Assembly: GCA_934101625.1 (NCBI GenBank)
Contig: CAKORV010000002.1
Location: 3,503 to 67,502, forward strand
Length of the DNA: 64,000 nt
Source of the DNA: an uncultured Bacilli bacterium
GTDB taxonomy: Bacteria; Bacillota_I; Bacilli_A; RF39; UBA660
Reading direction: 5' to 3'
The translations under genes were made by a program, and so were the position numbers. The notes beneath the pieces were generated by a model that was not told where the DNA came from, did not search any database, and was given only the letters and a program-made list of their open reading frames with translations. Below, piece by piece: positions 46,731 to 55,763 of the stretch (position 1 is the stretch's first letter; each line of letters opens with the position of its first letter).

Positions 46731-47851
46731 AAAAGATAAAAATATGTCATATTACTAGTGCACATAATAGATATGATGGCAGAATTTTTGCAAAACAATG
46801 TACTTCTCTTGCAAAAAAATATGATGTGACTTTATTATGTTGTGATGAATTTGATGATGAAGTAAAAAATAATGTAAAAATAATATCCACAGGGAAAAAA
46901 TTAAAAAATATTTATGAAAGATTATTTTTTTCTAAAAGATATTTGAAGAAAAAGTGTAATGAGATAAATGCAGACGTTTTTCAATTACATGACCCTGAAC
47001 TTTTATCACTTGTTAATTATTTGAAAAAAAAGAAAAAAATTGTGATTTTTGATTCACATGAAGACCACGTTTCATTGTTTTTAGAAAGGCAGTGGATACC
47101 AAAAGTTTTTAGAAAAATACTTATGTATATTTATGCGTATTATGAAAGAAAAAATTTGAAAAAAATTGATTATGTAATATGTGCAGCAGATCATATAAAA
47201 GAAAGAATAAAGTTAATTAATATTAATTGTGATATAATACCTAATTATCCTATATTAGAAAATTCAATAGAGAAAAAGCAAGATGCTAATAAATTAACAC
47301 TTTGTTTTGCTGGAACTATTAATAAATTTTGGAACCATGATGTAATTATTAAAGCTATTCAAGATATAGAAAATGTAAATTATTTATTAATAGGAAACTG
47401 TTCTGAAGAATATAAAAATTATTTAAAAAGTATTGATAAAAATTGTAAAACAGTATTTAAAGGAAAATTATCTTACGAAGAAGTAAAAAAGAATTACTGT
47501 TTTTCAGATGTGGGAATTGCTCTTTGTTCATATAGACCTAATGTTGATTATAAAAATGGCAGTTTAGGTATAACAAAAATATTTGAGTTTATGATGTATA
47601 AAATGCCAGTAATTTTTACTGATTTTAAAGTTTTTAAAAAAATAAATAATAAAAAGAAATATGGGATTGCAGTTAATCCTTATAACGTTACTGATGTTAA
47701 AAGTGCTATTTTAAAATTTAAAAATAATAGAAAAATAATTGAAGAATACGGAATAAATGGAAGAAGTTTAATAGAAACACAATACAATTGGAATGTATTA
47801 GAAAAAAAGTTGTTTAATATATATGATTTTGTGTTATCAGAAAGGAAGTAA
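46727..47851 (+). CDS. Glycosyltransferase, GT4-like
   Basis: GT-B fold layout with 'ICHITSAHNRYDGRIF' at the N-terminus. The stop-start overlap is ATGA. Confidence 0.7.
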   Translation: MKKIKICHITSAHNRYDGRIFAKQCTSLAKKYDVTLLCCDEFDDEVKNNVKIISTGKKLKNIYERLFFSKRYLKKKCNEINADVFQLHDPELLSLVNYLKKKKKIVIFDSHEDHVSLFLERQWIPKVFRKILMYIYAYYERKNLKKIDYVICAADHIKERIKLININCDIIPNYPILENSIEKKQDANKLTLCFAGTINKFWNHDVIIKAIQDIENVNYLLIGNCSEEYKNYLKSIDKNCKTVFKGKLSYEEVKKNYCFSDVGIALCSYRPNVDYKNGSLGITKIFEFMMYKMPVIFTDFKVFKKINNKKKYGIAVNPYNVTDVKSAILKFKNNRKIIEEYGINGRSLIETQYNWNVLEKKLFNIYDFVLSERK

Positions 47852-47857
47852 CTAAAA

Positions 47858-49054
47858 ATGAAGATAGATAAAGTTAAAGAATTTTTATCCAAGTATTTGA
47901 CTTATTTTTTGACATTATTGTTTTGTTTAAACTTAACATTTTTAAAAGACTTAGAGATTTTTCATTATATATATATAGGTGTCATTTGTTTATCTTTTAT
48001 TTTACTATTTTTAAATTACAAATATATAAATTTTAAAAATATAAAAAAATATTGGTATATTTGGTTATATTTATTTTTCAGAATTGTGTCTATATGTATA
48101 AATGATAATTTTTTATTGAATTTTAAGGGATTTATTTATGAATGCTTTTTTTTGATAAATGTTAATTTTTTGTTAAATAAATCAAAAAAAGTAATTAATA
48201 TTAATGAGAATATAATTATAATTACAAATTTAGTTTTAAACGTTATATCAGTTATTTTTCAATATTTTATAAAGCAAGATTTTTCACGTGAATTATTTGG
48301 AATTTATTCAAATCCAAATGGATTAGCTATATTAACCTTGGTGAGCATTATTCTTTATTATAAAAAAAAGGAAAAAAAGGAAAAAAAATTTTTAAACATT
48401 GTAAGTTTTAGTTATTACTTATTTTCAGTTGCAGTTATTTATGTATCATATTCAAGAACATGTATATATATATTGATAATATTGTTTATTATAAATTTTT
48501 TATTAAAGAAAAATCTTTTTGATATAAATAAACTAAAAAAATTTTCATTTATATGTATTTATTTCTTTTTGATCTTTTTTATAGCATTTTCCTATTTACA
48601 TAAAAATGAAATTGTCAGTACAAAATTCGAAAAAACAATTAATAATATTACTACCAATAGGTATTATTTATGGAAATATAGTTTATTTTCATTAGAGAAT
48701 AAACCTTTATTAGGAATAGGAAATCTTAATATTGGAGTGAATAGGTATAATCAAGTACCGAAAAAAATATTAAATTCTTTAGAAAAAAGTAGAGCAAATA
48801 GACTTTCTATGAATAATAATCATAATGGCTATTTTCAATTACTTGTTTCAAGTGGATTGATATGTTTTATTTTATTTACGATATATATTTATAAATTAAT
48901 TATGTATACTTCTGATAAATATTTTTATTTAATACTTGCAATTTTGATAATTAATATTTTTGAAAATGAACTTATTATTTCAACATCGTTAGGAATGTTT
49001 TTGTTGGCATATTTTAACGTTGATAATAAAGGTTTAATAGGAGAAAGAAGATGA
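47858..49054 (+). CDS. O-antigen/polysaccharide polymerase or ligase (Wzy/O-antigen ligase-like), polytopic membrane protein
   Basis: About 10 predicted TM helices with a large loop near the C-terminus. Positioned between the GTs and Wzx. Confidence 0.65.
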   Translation: MKIDKVKEFLSKYLTYFLTLLFCLNLTFLKDLEIFHYIYIGVICLSFILLFLNYKYINFKNIKKYWYIWLYLFFRIVSICINDNFLLNFKGFIYECFFLINVNFLLNKSKKVININENIIIITNLVLNVISVIFQYFIKQDFSRELFGIYSNPNGLAILTLVSIILYYKKKEKKEKKFLNIVSFSYYLFSVAVIYVSYSRTCIYILIILFIINFLLKKNLFDINKLKKFSFICIYFFLIFFIAFSYLHKNEIVSTKFEKTINNITTNRYYLWKYSLFSLENKPLLGIGNLNIGVNRYNQVPKKILNSLEKSRANRLSMNNNHNGYFQLLVSSGLICFILFTIYIYKLIMYTSDKYFYLILAILIINIFENELIISTSLGMFLLAYFNVDNKGLIGERR

Positions 49055-50316
49055 AAGAAAAAATACAAAAATTAATTAAAACTGGTTTTTTTTCAATTTA
49101 TATATCTGAAATTTTAGCAAAAGTAATTACGATGTTTGGAGGAGTATTATTAGTCAGGTTAATGACTAAAGATGATTATGGTATTTATACATTAGTTCAA
49201 AATGCTTTATCTATGCTTTGTATTTTTGGAGATTTTGGAGCAGCTGATGCAACTTTGCAATTTGCATTAGAAAATGAAGAAAACCAAGACAAACAAAATG
49301 GAATTTTCTTATTAGGAATAAAAATGTTATTATTTTCAACATTTTTATCTAGTGTGATAATTATAATTTCACCACTATTTTATCCATATAAGACAGATTA
49401 CATAGAAAAATTAACTATATTTATGTGTTTAATTCCATTTTTTAATGCAATGATAAATTATATTTCTATCGTATTAAGATCTAAAAAAGAAAATAATAAA
49501 TTTTCGTTTTATCAAATTATAATTACAATTATTCATTATACTGTAATATTGGTATTTACAAAAATTTATGGTTTAAAAGGTGCCTTGTTTTCTCAATATG
49601 TGTATAATATATTATTAATTATAATTGGTATATTAATATTAAAAAAAATGTTAAATTTAAAACATTTTGAAGAGATTAAACAACAAGAGAAAAAAGATTT
49701 CTTTAAATTAGCTATTGGAACACAATTTAATCATACTTTAAATAATATGTTATATCAAATTGATATTTTTACTTTAAGCATTATGATTGCTTCTCCTGCT
49801 GATATTTCAATATATAAGGTTGCTACAGTAATACCAACGGCATTTGCTTTTTTGCCATTATGTTTAATGACATACCTTTTGCCAAATTTTATAGAACATA
49901 ATAAAGAAAAAGGTTGGATTAGGAACAAAACTAAAAAATTAATTTTGTATTCTTTTCCTTTCTATTTAATTATTACTATAGTATTCATTGGTTTATCTAA
50001 AAACATATTTTTAATTTTATATGGAAAACAATATGTAGATGCTTATTTGCCATTTTCTCTGTTGATGATAGGATTTTTATTTTCCGCTACAATTAAATCT
50101 CCTATTTATAGTATTGCATATGTTTTACATAATATAAAATTTAATGTGTGTGTTAGTATAATTTCTTTAATTGCAAATTTTATTTTAAATATCATTTTTA
50201 TTAAAATATTCGGAATAATAGGTGTAGCTATAAGTACATTAATTATAAATATTTTGGGTTCAATTGCTTCAATAATTTACATTTATAATGTAACAAAGGA
50301 GGTTAAAAATAAATAA
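49051..50316 (+). CDS. Wzx-type oligosaccharide flippase (MOP superfamily)
   Basis: ~12 TM helices and 421 aa, typical polysaccharide biosynthesis protein architecture. Confidence 0.8.
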   Translation: MKEKIQKLIKTGFFSIYISEILAKVITMFGGVLLVRLMTKDDYGIYTLVQNALSMLCIFGDFGAADATLQFALENEENQDKQNGIFLLGIKMLLFSTFLSSVIIIISPLFYPYKTDYIEKLTIFMCLIPFFNAMINYISIVLRSKKENNKFSFYQIIITIIHYTVILVFTKIYGLKGALFSQYVYNILLIIIGILILKKMLNLKHFEEIKQQEKKDFFKLAIGTQFNHTLNNMLYQIDIFTLSIMIASPADISIYKVATVIPTAFAFLPLCLMTYLLPNFIEHNKEKGWIRNKTKKLILYSFPFYLIITIVFIGLSKNIFLILYGKQYVDAYLPFSLLMIGFLFSATIKSPIYSIAYVLHNIKFNVCVSIISLIANFILNIIFIKIFGIIGVAISTLIINILGSIASIIYIYNVTKEVKNK

Positions 50317-50366
50317 AAAATTTAATAAAAAAATTTAAATTAAGAAAAATAAAATGTGGAAAGAAT

Positions 50367-50754
50367 GTGTCATTTGGAGATGATGTACAAATAACTAATT
50401 CTTCAAATATAATTATTGGAAATAATACGTATATAAATGGAGGTACTATTTTAGTTGGTAAAAATAGTAAAATTGTTATAGGTGATAATTGCTTAATATC
50501 TTATAATGTACATTTAAGAACCAAAACTCATTGTTACAAAAATAAAAATATTTTAATTAATAAACAGGGGGGAATATGAAAAAGATATTATAATAGGCAA
50601 TGATGTTTGGATTGGATATGGTATACAAATTCTTCCTGGAGTAAATGTTGGAGATGGTGCGGTAATAGGTGCTGGTGCGGTAGTTACTAAGAATGTTGAA
50701 AGTTATACAGTTGTTGCCGGTGTTCCTGCACGAAAAATAGGTGAAAGAAAATAG
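50367..50754 (+). pseudogene. Hexapeptide-repeat O-acetyltransferase disrupted by a frameshift at a G6 tract (50567-50572)
   Basis: Frame 1 reads ...LISYNVHLRTKTHCYKNKNILINKQGGI* (stop at 50577-50579). Frame +1 continues KDIIIGNDVWIGYGIQILPGVNVGDGAVIGAGAVVTKNVESYTVVAGVPARKIGERK*. Deleting one G fuses them into a canonical maltose/galactoside O-acetyltransferase-like protein. Confidence 0.65.
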
Positions 50755-50844
50755 CTTATTTATTCAAACCTAAGGTTATTGCAAAATAAAAGATAAAAAA
50801 GTAATTATTGATAACTTCTATAACTTGTAAAGTTATCTATCTGA

Positions 50845-50952
50845 AAAATCAATTATGTTAAAAAGGTATATGAAGAACTTAATTGGAAGGCTGAATTAAA
50901 TTTAGAAGATATGTGTAGAGACTCTTATTTGTTTAATAAAAATAATAGATAA
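50845..50952 (+). pseudogene. 3'-terminal remnant of a UDP-glucose 4-epimerase (galE)-like gene
   Basis: In-frame peptide ...KKVYEELNWKAELNLEDMCRDSYLFNKNNR* matches the conserved GalE C-terminus (ELGWKA...LEEMCRDSWNWQ). There is no upstream start codon or N-terminal sequence. Confidence 0.4.
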
Positions 50953-50976
50953 TTGAAGAAGTGTTCTTCAATTTTT
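50953..50976 (+). terminator. Rho-independent terminator
   Basis: TTGAAGAA-gtg-TTCTTCAA plus TTTTT. Confidence 0.65.
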
Positions 50977-51046
50977 CTTTTAAATAAGTTGAATTAAATA
51001 CTAAAATAAATTATAATATAGTTAGTAAATATATGGAGGTTATGTT

Positions 51047-51778
51047 ATGAATAAGGAATATTTAAGAAATATTGGAGTTAATGTTGATGAGGTTTTAGAA
51101 TTTTGGGGAGATATAGATGCATATAATGATAATCTAATGGAATTTTTAAATAATATTGATGCTAGAATTAAAGAATTAGAGAGTTATAAAAATAATGGTG
51201 AAATAAGTAGTTATACAATTCTTGCACATAGTTTAAAGAGTGAGGCAAGATATTTAGGACTTAATAATTTATCTCAAATATTTTATAATCATGAACTTAA
51301 GGGTAAAGAAGGAAATATAGATTATATTAAAAATAATTTTTATGAAATAGAAAATGCAATAGGTAGTTTAAAAAGTAATATTAAAGATTATGCTAATAGT
51401 TTAAAAATTAAGAAAACTTTGCTTGTTGTAGATGATTCTAATATTATAATTAATTTTATAGAAAATATAGTTAAAAATGAATATAATGTAGTAAGAGCCA
51501 ATAATGGTATTGAAGCTGTAAATAAAATAGAAGAGGGAATATATGCTATTTTGCTTGATTTAAATATGCCTAAATCAAATGGAATAGATGTATTAAATTA
51601 TTTAAAAGATAATGATTTAATGGAAAAGATACCTGTAGTTATAATTACTGGTAATAATACTAAGGAAGCAGTTAGTGAAGTAATTGGATATAATGTAGTT
51701 GATGTACTTAATAAACCTTTTACTGTTGATAATATTAAAAGAGTAATAACATTAATAGAAAACTTTCATACAAATTAA
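51047..51778 (+). CDS. Hpt (histidine phosphotransfer) domain fused to a CheY-like receiver domain; no output domain
   Basis: The N-terminal 'ILAHSLKSEARYLGLNNL' fits the Hpt H-x-LKG/S motif. The C-terminus is a REC domain with 'LLVVDDS', the phospho-acceptor context 'ILLDLNMPKSNG', 'VVIITG' and 'LNKPF'. Confidence 0.7.
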   Translation: MNKEYLRNIGVNVDEVLEFWGDIDAYNDNLMEFLNNIDARIKELESYKNNGEISSYTILAHSLKSEARYLGLNNLSQIFYNHELKGKEGNIDYIKNNFYEIENAIGSLKSNIKDYANSLKIKKTLLVVDDSNIIINFIENIVKNEYNVVRANNGIEAVNKIEEGIYAILLDLNMPKSNGIDVLNYLKDNDLMEKIPVVIITGNNTKEAVSEVIGYNVVDVLNKPFTVDNIKRVITLIENFHTN

Positions 51779-51804
51779 ATAATAAAAGATAAAAAGGTGG
51801 TTTT

Positions 51805-52698
51805 ATGACAACTAAAAGATTAAAGACTTTTTTTAAAATAGTTATACTTATGCTTATTATATTTGTATTAGAAGAAGGTTATATGTTATATACTAATAAA
51901 AAAAGTAAGGATGAAATGCTTCATAAGAGTAATGATTCTAGTTCTTTAATAGCGGATTTAGAAAATGAAATTAGTGTTTTAAATAATATACTTGAAGAAA
52001 ATGATAATTTTTTAAATGAATTAAATAGTAAAAGAGATAGTATTACTGAAGAAATAGTAAGTGTAGAAGAAAAGATAAAAGAGATAGAAGAGTTAAAAGC
52101 AGCTATGGCTAGTAATAGTAAATATATAGATGGAGTTATTACTGTTAATCAGCATCCTAGTTATCCTACTGGATGTGAAAGTGTTGCATTATATATTTTA
52201 CTTAGATATTATGGAGTAAATGTAAGTATTGATGATATTATAAGTTCTTTACCTAAAGGAGATTTACCACATTTAGTGAATGGAAAGTTTTATGGTGCTA
52301 ATCCAGAAATTGAATTTGTGGGTAATCCTCTTACTGAGTATTCTTATGGAGTATATAATAAGCCAATAAGGGATGTTGCTGATATGTTTAAAAAGGGTGC
52401 TAAAACTAAAACTGGTAAGGATTTTGATGAAGTTTTAAAATTAGTAGATCAAGATAAACCGGTAATGGTATGGGCAACAATAAATATGATAGAGCCTTAT
52501 ATATCAAGTAGATGGATAGATTCAAATGGTAATGTTGTTAAATGGAAAGCAAATGAACATGCACTTGTGGTTATAGGATACGATACAGATAATATTATAG
52601 TAAGTGATCCTTATACAGGTTCAATAAGATACTATGATAGAAGTTTATTTATAAGTAGATATAATTACTTAGGAAAGAGGGCTGTTTGGTACGAATGA
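51805..52698 (+). CDS. Membrane-anchored YvpB-like peptidase C39-like domain protein with a coiled-coil linker
   Basis: N-terminal TM helix, coiled-coil region, then 'YPTGCESVALYILLRYY' and 'NEHALVVIGYD'. Paralogue of 25688..26365. Confidence 0.75.
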   Translation: MTTKRLKTFFKIVILMLIIFVLEEGYMLYTNKKSKDEMLHKSNDSSSLIADLENEISVLNNILEENDNFLNELNSKRDSITEEIVSVEEKIKEIEELKAAMASNSKYIDGVITVNQHPSYPTGCESVALYILLRYYGVNVSIDDIISSLPKGDLPHLVNGKFYGANPEIEFVGNPLTEYSYGVYNKPIRDVADMFKKGAKTKTGKDFDEVLKLVDQDKPVMVWATINMIEPYISSRWIDSNGNVVKWKANEHALVVIGYDTDNIIVSDPYTGSIRYYDRSLFISRYNYLGKRAVWYE

Positions 52699-52967
52699 AA
52701 AAATATATAATTATGATTATTTTACTAATAAGTGCATTATGTACTTTAATAGTAATGAATAATAAACTTAAAAATGAGATAAATGATAGTAAAGAAATTA
52801 CAGAATTGAGATATAAAGATAGTGAGTCTCTTAATGATAAGAAAAAGGAACTAAATAATTCTATTGAAGCACAAAAGATTAAGATAAATGAATTAAATAC
52901 TGAAATAGATTCTTTAAATAAAACATTAGATAGTAATAAAGAAAAATTAAAAGAGTTGGAGGGTTAA
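52695..52967 (+). CDS. Small membrane-anchored coiled-coil protein (~90 aa)
   Basis: TM helix plus a heptad-rich tail. Its ATG overlaps the peptidase stop (ATGA). The ORF track starts at a TTG at 52686. Confidence 0.45.
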   Translation: MKKYIIMIILLISALCTLIVMNNKLKNEINDSKEITELRYKDSESLNDKKKELNNSIEAQKIKINELNTEIDSLNKTLDSNKEKLKELEG

Positions 52968-52968
52968 A

Positions 52969-53673
52969 ATGAAGAAAGTATTAAAAGTTTTATTAATTTT
53001 AATTCTTATAATTTTAGTTGGATTTTGTTATTATTTATTAAGAGTAAAAAGTTTTGATATTAATAAAAATGTTTATATTGATGAAAAAGATAAAGTTGAA
53101 GATTTAATGAATGAAATTAATAGACCATTAACTATGATGATATTAAGTAACTGTATAGATAATGAATATAGTAAAGAAGAATATGATTTAACTAAGAATG
53201 AAAATTTATTAAGTCAAATCAAATATAAACAACAATTTACGATGGAGTATTATCTTAATAAAACTAAAAATTATGATAAATTTATGTTAGTTAATCAAGA
53301 AGGTAATGAAGATGAAGATGCATATGTTACTGATGAACAAGCAATAGCGTATTTAAATTATGATGACTTTAATAATTCTTATAAAGAGTTGTTTGGAAAA
53401 GACTTTAATATGAAAAATAGAGAATATAGTCCTTTTAAAAGTTTTGATGATAAAGGGTATGTTTATTATTCTAATAGAAGAAGTGGAAATAATGGGCTTT
53501 TTATAGTTTCTGATAATATAGATGCAATATTAAAGACTAATAATACTTATAAAGCTAAAGTTACTTTAAATTATAATGAGAGATTAAAAGAAAGACTTGA
53601 TACAAATGAAATGATAATAGAATATAGTTATATAAACGATAAAATTGTTATTAAAAGTATAAGTTTTAAATAA
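52969..53673 (+). CDS. Membrane-anchored hypothetical protein (234 aa)
   Basis: N-terminal TM helix with an extracytoplasmic domain of unknown function. Starts 2 nt after the previous stop. Confidence 0.5.
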   Translation: MKKVLKVLLILILIILVGFCYYLLRVKSFDINKNVYIDEKDKVEDLMNEINRPLTMMILSNCIDNEYSKEEYDLTKNENLLSQIKYKQQFTMEYYLNKTKNYDKFMLVNQEGNEDEDAYVTDEQAIAYLNYDDFNNSYKELFGKDFNMKNREYSPFKSFDDKGYVYYSNRRSGNNGLFIVSDNIDAILKTNNTYKAKVTLNYNERLKERLDTNEMIIEYSYINDKIVIKSISFK

Positions 53674-53760
53674 TGTAAAGAAAGTGAGTTTTTTGATTAA
53701 ATTCACTTTCTATATTTTAAAAGATGTGGTATACTTTATTTAAGATAGGAGAGGAAAAGA

Positions 53761-55686
53761 ATGAAGAAATTCAAAAAAATGATTTTTACATTATTGCTTA
53801 CTTTATTAGTTTTACCAGTACTAAATGCAGTGAGTGTTGATGTAAAAACAGAAGAAGAATTATTAGATGCTGTTAAAAGTGATGGTACTATAGTTCTTAA
53901 AGAAGATATAACATTAACTAAAGCTTTAGAAGTTAAAGGCAATGATGTTATAATTGATTTGAATGGTAAAACAATTACTGTTCAAAATGGATATAATGGA
54001 TACTTTGATTTATTTAAAGGAGTCCTTGAATTTACTGGTAAAGGTACAATTAAGGATGTACGTGTAAGAGAGCGCGTTGCGGCGACTATTTGGGTTGAAG
54101 GTTCAACTGATGTAAATGATAAAGACTATTCAACACTAACTATTGGTAAAGATGTTACCATTGATACTACTCAGTGGGGTATTGCTGTAAGTGATACTGA
54201 TAAAAAAGCTTATGGTTTAACTGTAAACTTTAATGGAAAAATAGATAGTAGTGCTAAAGATGGTGGAGGTATTACTGTATTTGGTAATGTTAAAAATGTA
54301 GGTAATGATTTAAATAATGCACCAGTGGTTAATCTAAATAAAACTGCTTATGTTGAAGCTGTTGGAGATGAAGCATTATATGGTGCTGGTGTAGGTATTT
54401 GGAATATTTCTGGTGGTGAATATATAGGAAAAAGTACTATTGGTGTTAAAAGTGGTAAATTTGTAATAAATGATGGAACATTTACTGCGAATGGAGAACG
54501 TAAAACTGGTACTTTATATGGAAATGGTATGTATTCTACTGGATCTACTATTCAAATTGAAAATAATGAAGGATATTCAGGAAATATAGAAATAGTTGTT
54601 AATGGTGGGACTTTTAAGAGTGAAAAAGGATTAAGTATTTATCATTATCCACCAGATGAAAATATAAAGAATGGATTAAAATCATTAGTAATAAATGATG
54701 GTAAGTTTGTTGGCGATGTTGAAATGGTTGATGGAGATAGTATAATTATTAATAAAGGTACTTTCTCAACTAGTTCAGTTGTAAATTATGTTCCAAAAAC
54801 CTATTCAATGACTAAAATAAGTGAAAATGAATATGTTGTAACAAATATTGAATATTTGGATGTAGAAGGAGCAAGTACTGAAATATATTCTAATAATGTA
54901 CTTGATATGCATTATGCAAAACCAGGAGAAAAGGTAACACTAAAAATAAATGTAGAAGAAGGATATTATGTTAAAACAGTTACTGTTGTGGGAAAAGATG
55001 ATAGTAAAACTGTTGTAGAAGTTAAGAATAATGAGTTTGTAATGCCTGAATTTGCAGTTAAAGTTATGGTTGATACTGCTAGATGTATTGGTAAAGATGG
55101 TAATATTGTACAAATTGATAAAGAATTATCTTTCTCAAAAGATATAAATGAAGATGTAGTTAAAGATTTAATGGATACTACAGTAGAAAATAAAGATTCT
55201 GGATTAGTTGAAGCTATTGATACAGATAAACTTGTTACTTCAGATAATACTTCATTAATTGAGGTTCAAATTGAAACTGAATTAACTGAATATGATGAAG
55301 AAAAAAATATATTAACTTATGATATTAAACCAGTTTATTATGTTGATGGAGAAGAAGCAGGAGTTGTACCTAATGAAGCAATTAATGGTAAAGTTAAAGT
55401 TAATTTACCTGTACCATCTAATGTAAAAGATACTCATGTTAAAGTTATTCATAAATCTGGTGAAAAAGTTATAGATGAAAAAACTTATGAAATTAAGTCA
55501 ACTGAAGATGGTAAAAAGTATATTACTATTGAAACTGAAAGTTTTTCAACATTTGAATTAAGTTTCTATACTCCAGAAAAAGTTGAAAATCCACAAACTG
55601 GCGATAATGTTATGTTATATGTTGGTATTTCATTAATTTCATTGCTAAGCATATCTGCGATTGTAGTAGTAAAAAAACATTTTTAG
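53761..55686 (+). CDS. Cell-wall-anchored surface protein with a parallel beta-helix-like region and an NPQTG sorting signal
   Basis: Signal peptide 'MKKFKKMIFTLLLTLLVLPVLNA'. Gly/Asn-rich repeats typical of right-handed beta-helix (pectate-lyase-like) folds. The C-terminus is 'NPQTGDN', a hydrophobic segment and 'KKHF'. Confidence 0.75.
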   Translation: MKKFKKMIFTLLLTLLVLPVLNAVSVDVKTEEELLDAVKSDGTIVLKEDITLTKALEVKGNDVIIDLNGKTITVQNGYNGYFDLFKGVLEFTGKGTIKDVRVRERVAATIWVEGSTDVNDKDYSTLTIGKDVTIDTTQWGIAVSDTDKKAYGLTVNFNGKIDSSAKDGGGITVFGNVKNVGNDLNNAPVVNLNKTAYVEAVGDEALYGAGVGIWNISGGEYIGKSTIGVKSGKFVINDGTFTANGERKTGTLYGNGMYSTGSTIQIENNEGYSGNIEIVVNGGTFKSEKGLSIYHYPPDENIKNGLKSLVINDGKFVGDVEMVDGDSIIINKGTFSTSSVVNYVPKTYSMTKISENEYVVTNIEYLDVEGASTEIYSNNVLDMHYAKPGEKVTLKINVEEGYYVKTVTVVGKDDSKTVVEVKNNEFVMPEFAVKVMVDTARCIGKDGNIVQIDKELSFSKDINEDVVKDLMDTTVENKDSGLVEAIDTDKLVTSDNTSLIEVQIETELTEYDEEKNILTYDIKPVYYVDGEEAGVVPNEAINGKVKVNLPVPSNVKDTHVKVIHKSGEKVIDEKTYEIKSTEDGKKYITIETESFSTFELSFYTPEKVENPQTGDNVMLYVGISLISLLSISAIVVVKKHF

Positions 55687-55699
55687 TAAGATGATTATC

Positions 55700-55730
55700 A
55701 GATAGGTCACATTGACCTATCTTTTGTTTT
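55700..55730 (+). terminator. Rho-independent terminator
   Basis: Perfect 10-bp stem AGATAGGTCA/TGACCTATCT with a 3-nt loop and a T-run. Confidence 0.7.
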
Positions 55731-55763
55731 GTGGTAGAATAAAGTACAATTTGAGGGGGAATT

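Noticed and set aside
48360-48395. aaaaaaaaggaaaaaaaggaaaaaaaa repeat
   Set aside because: It encodes a KKKEKKEKK cytoplasmic loop inside the Wzy-like gene. It is low-complexity sequence, not a regulatory repeat or CRISPR.
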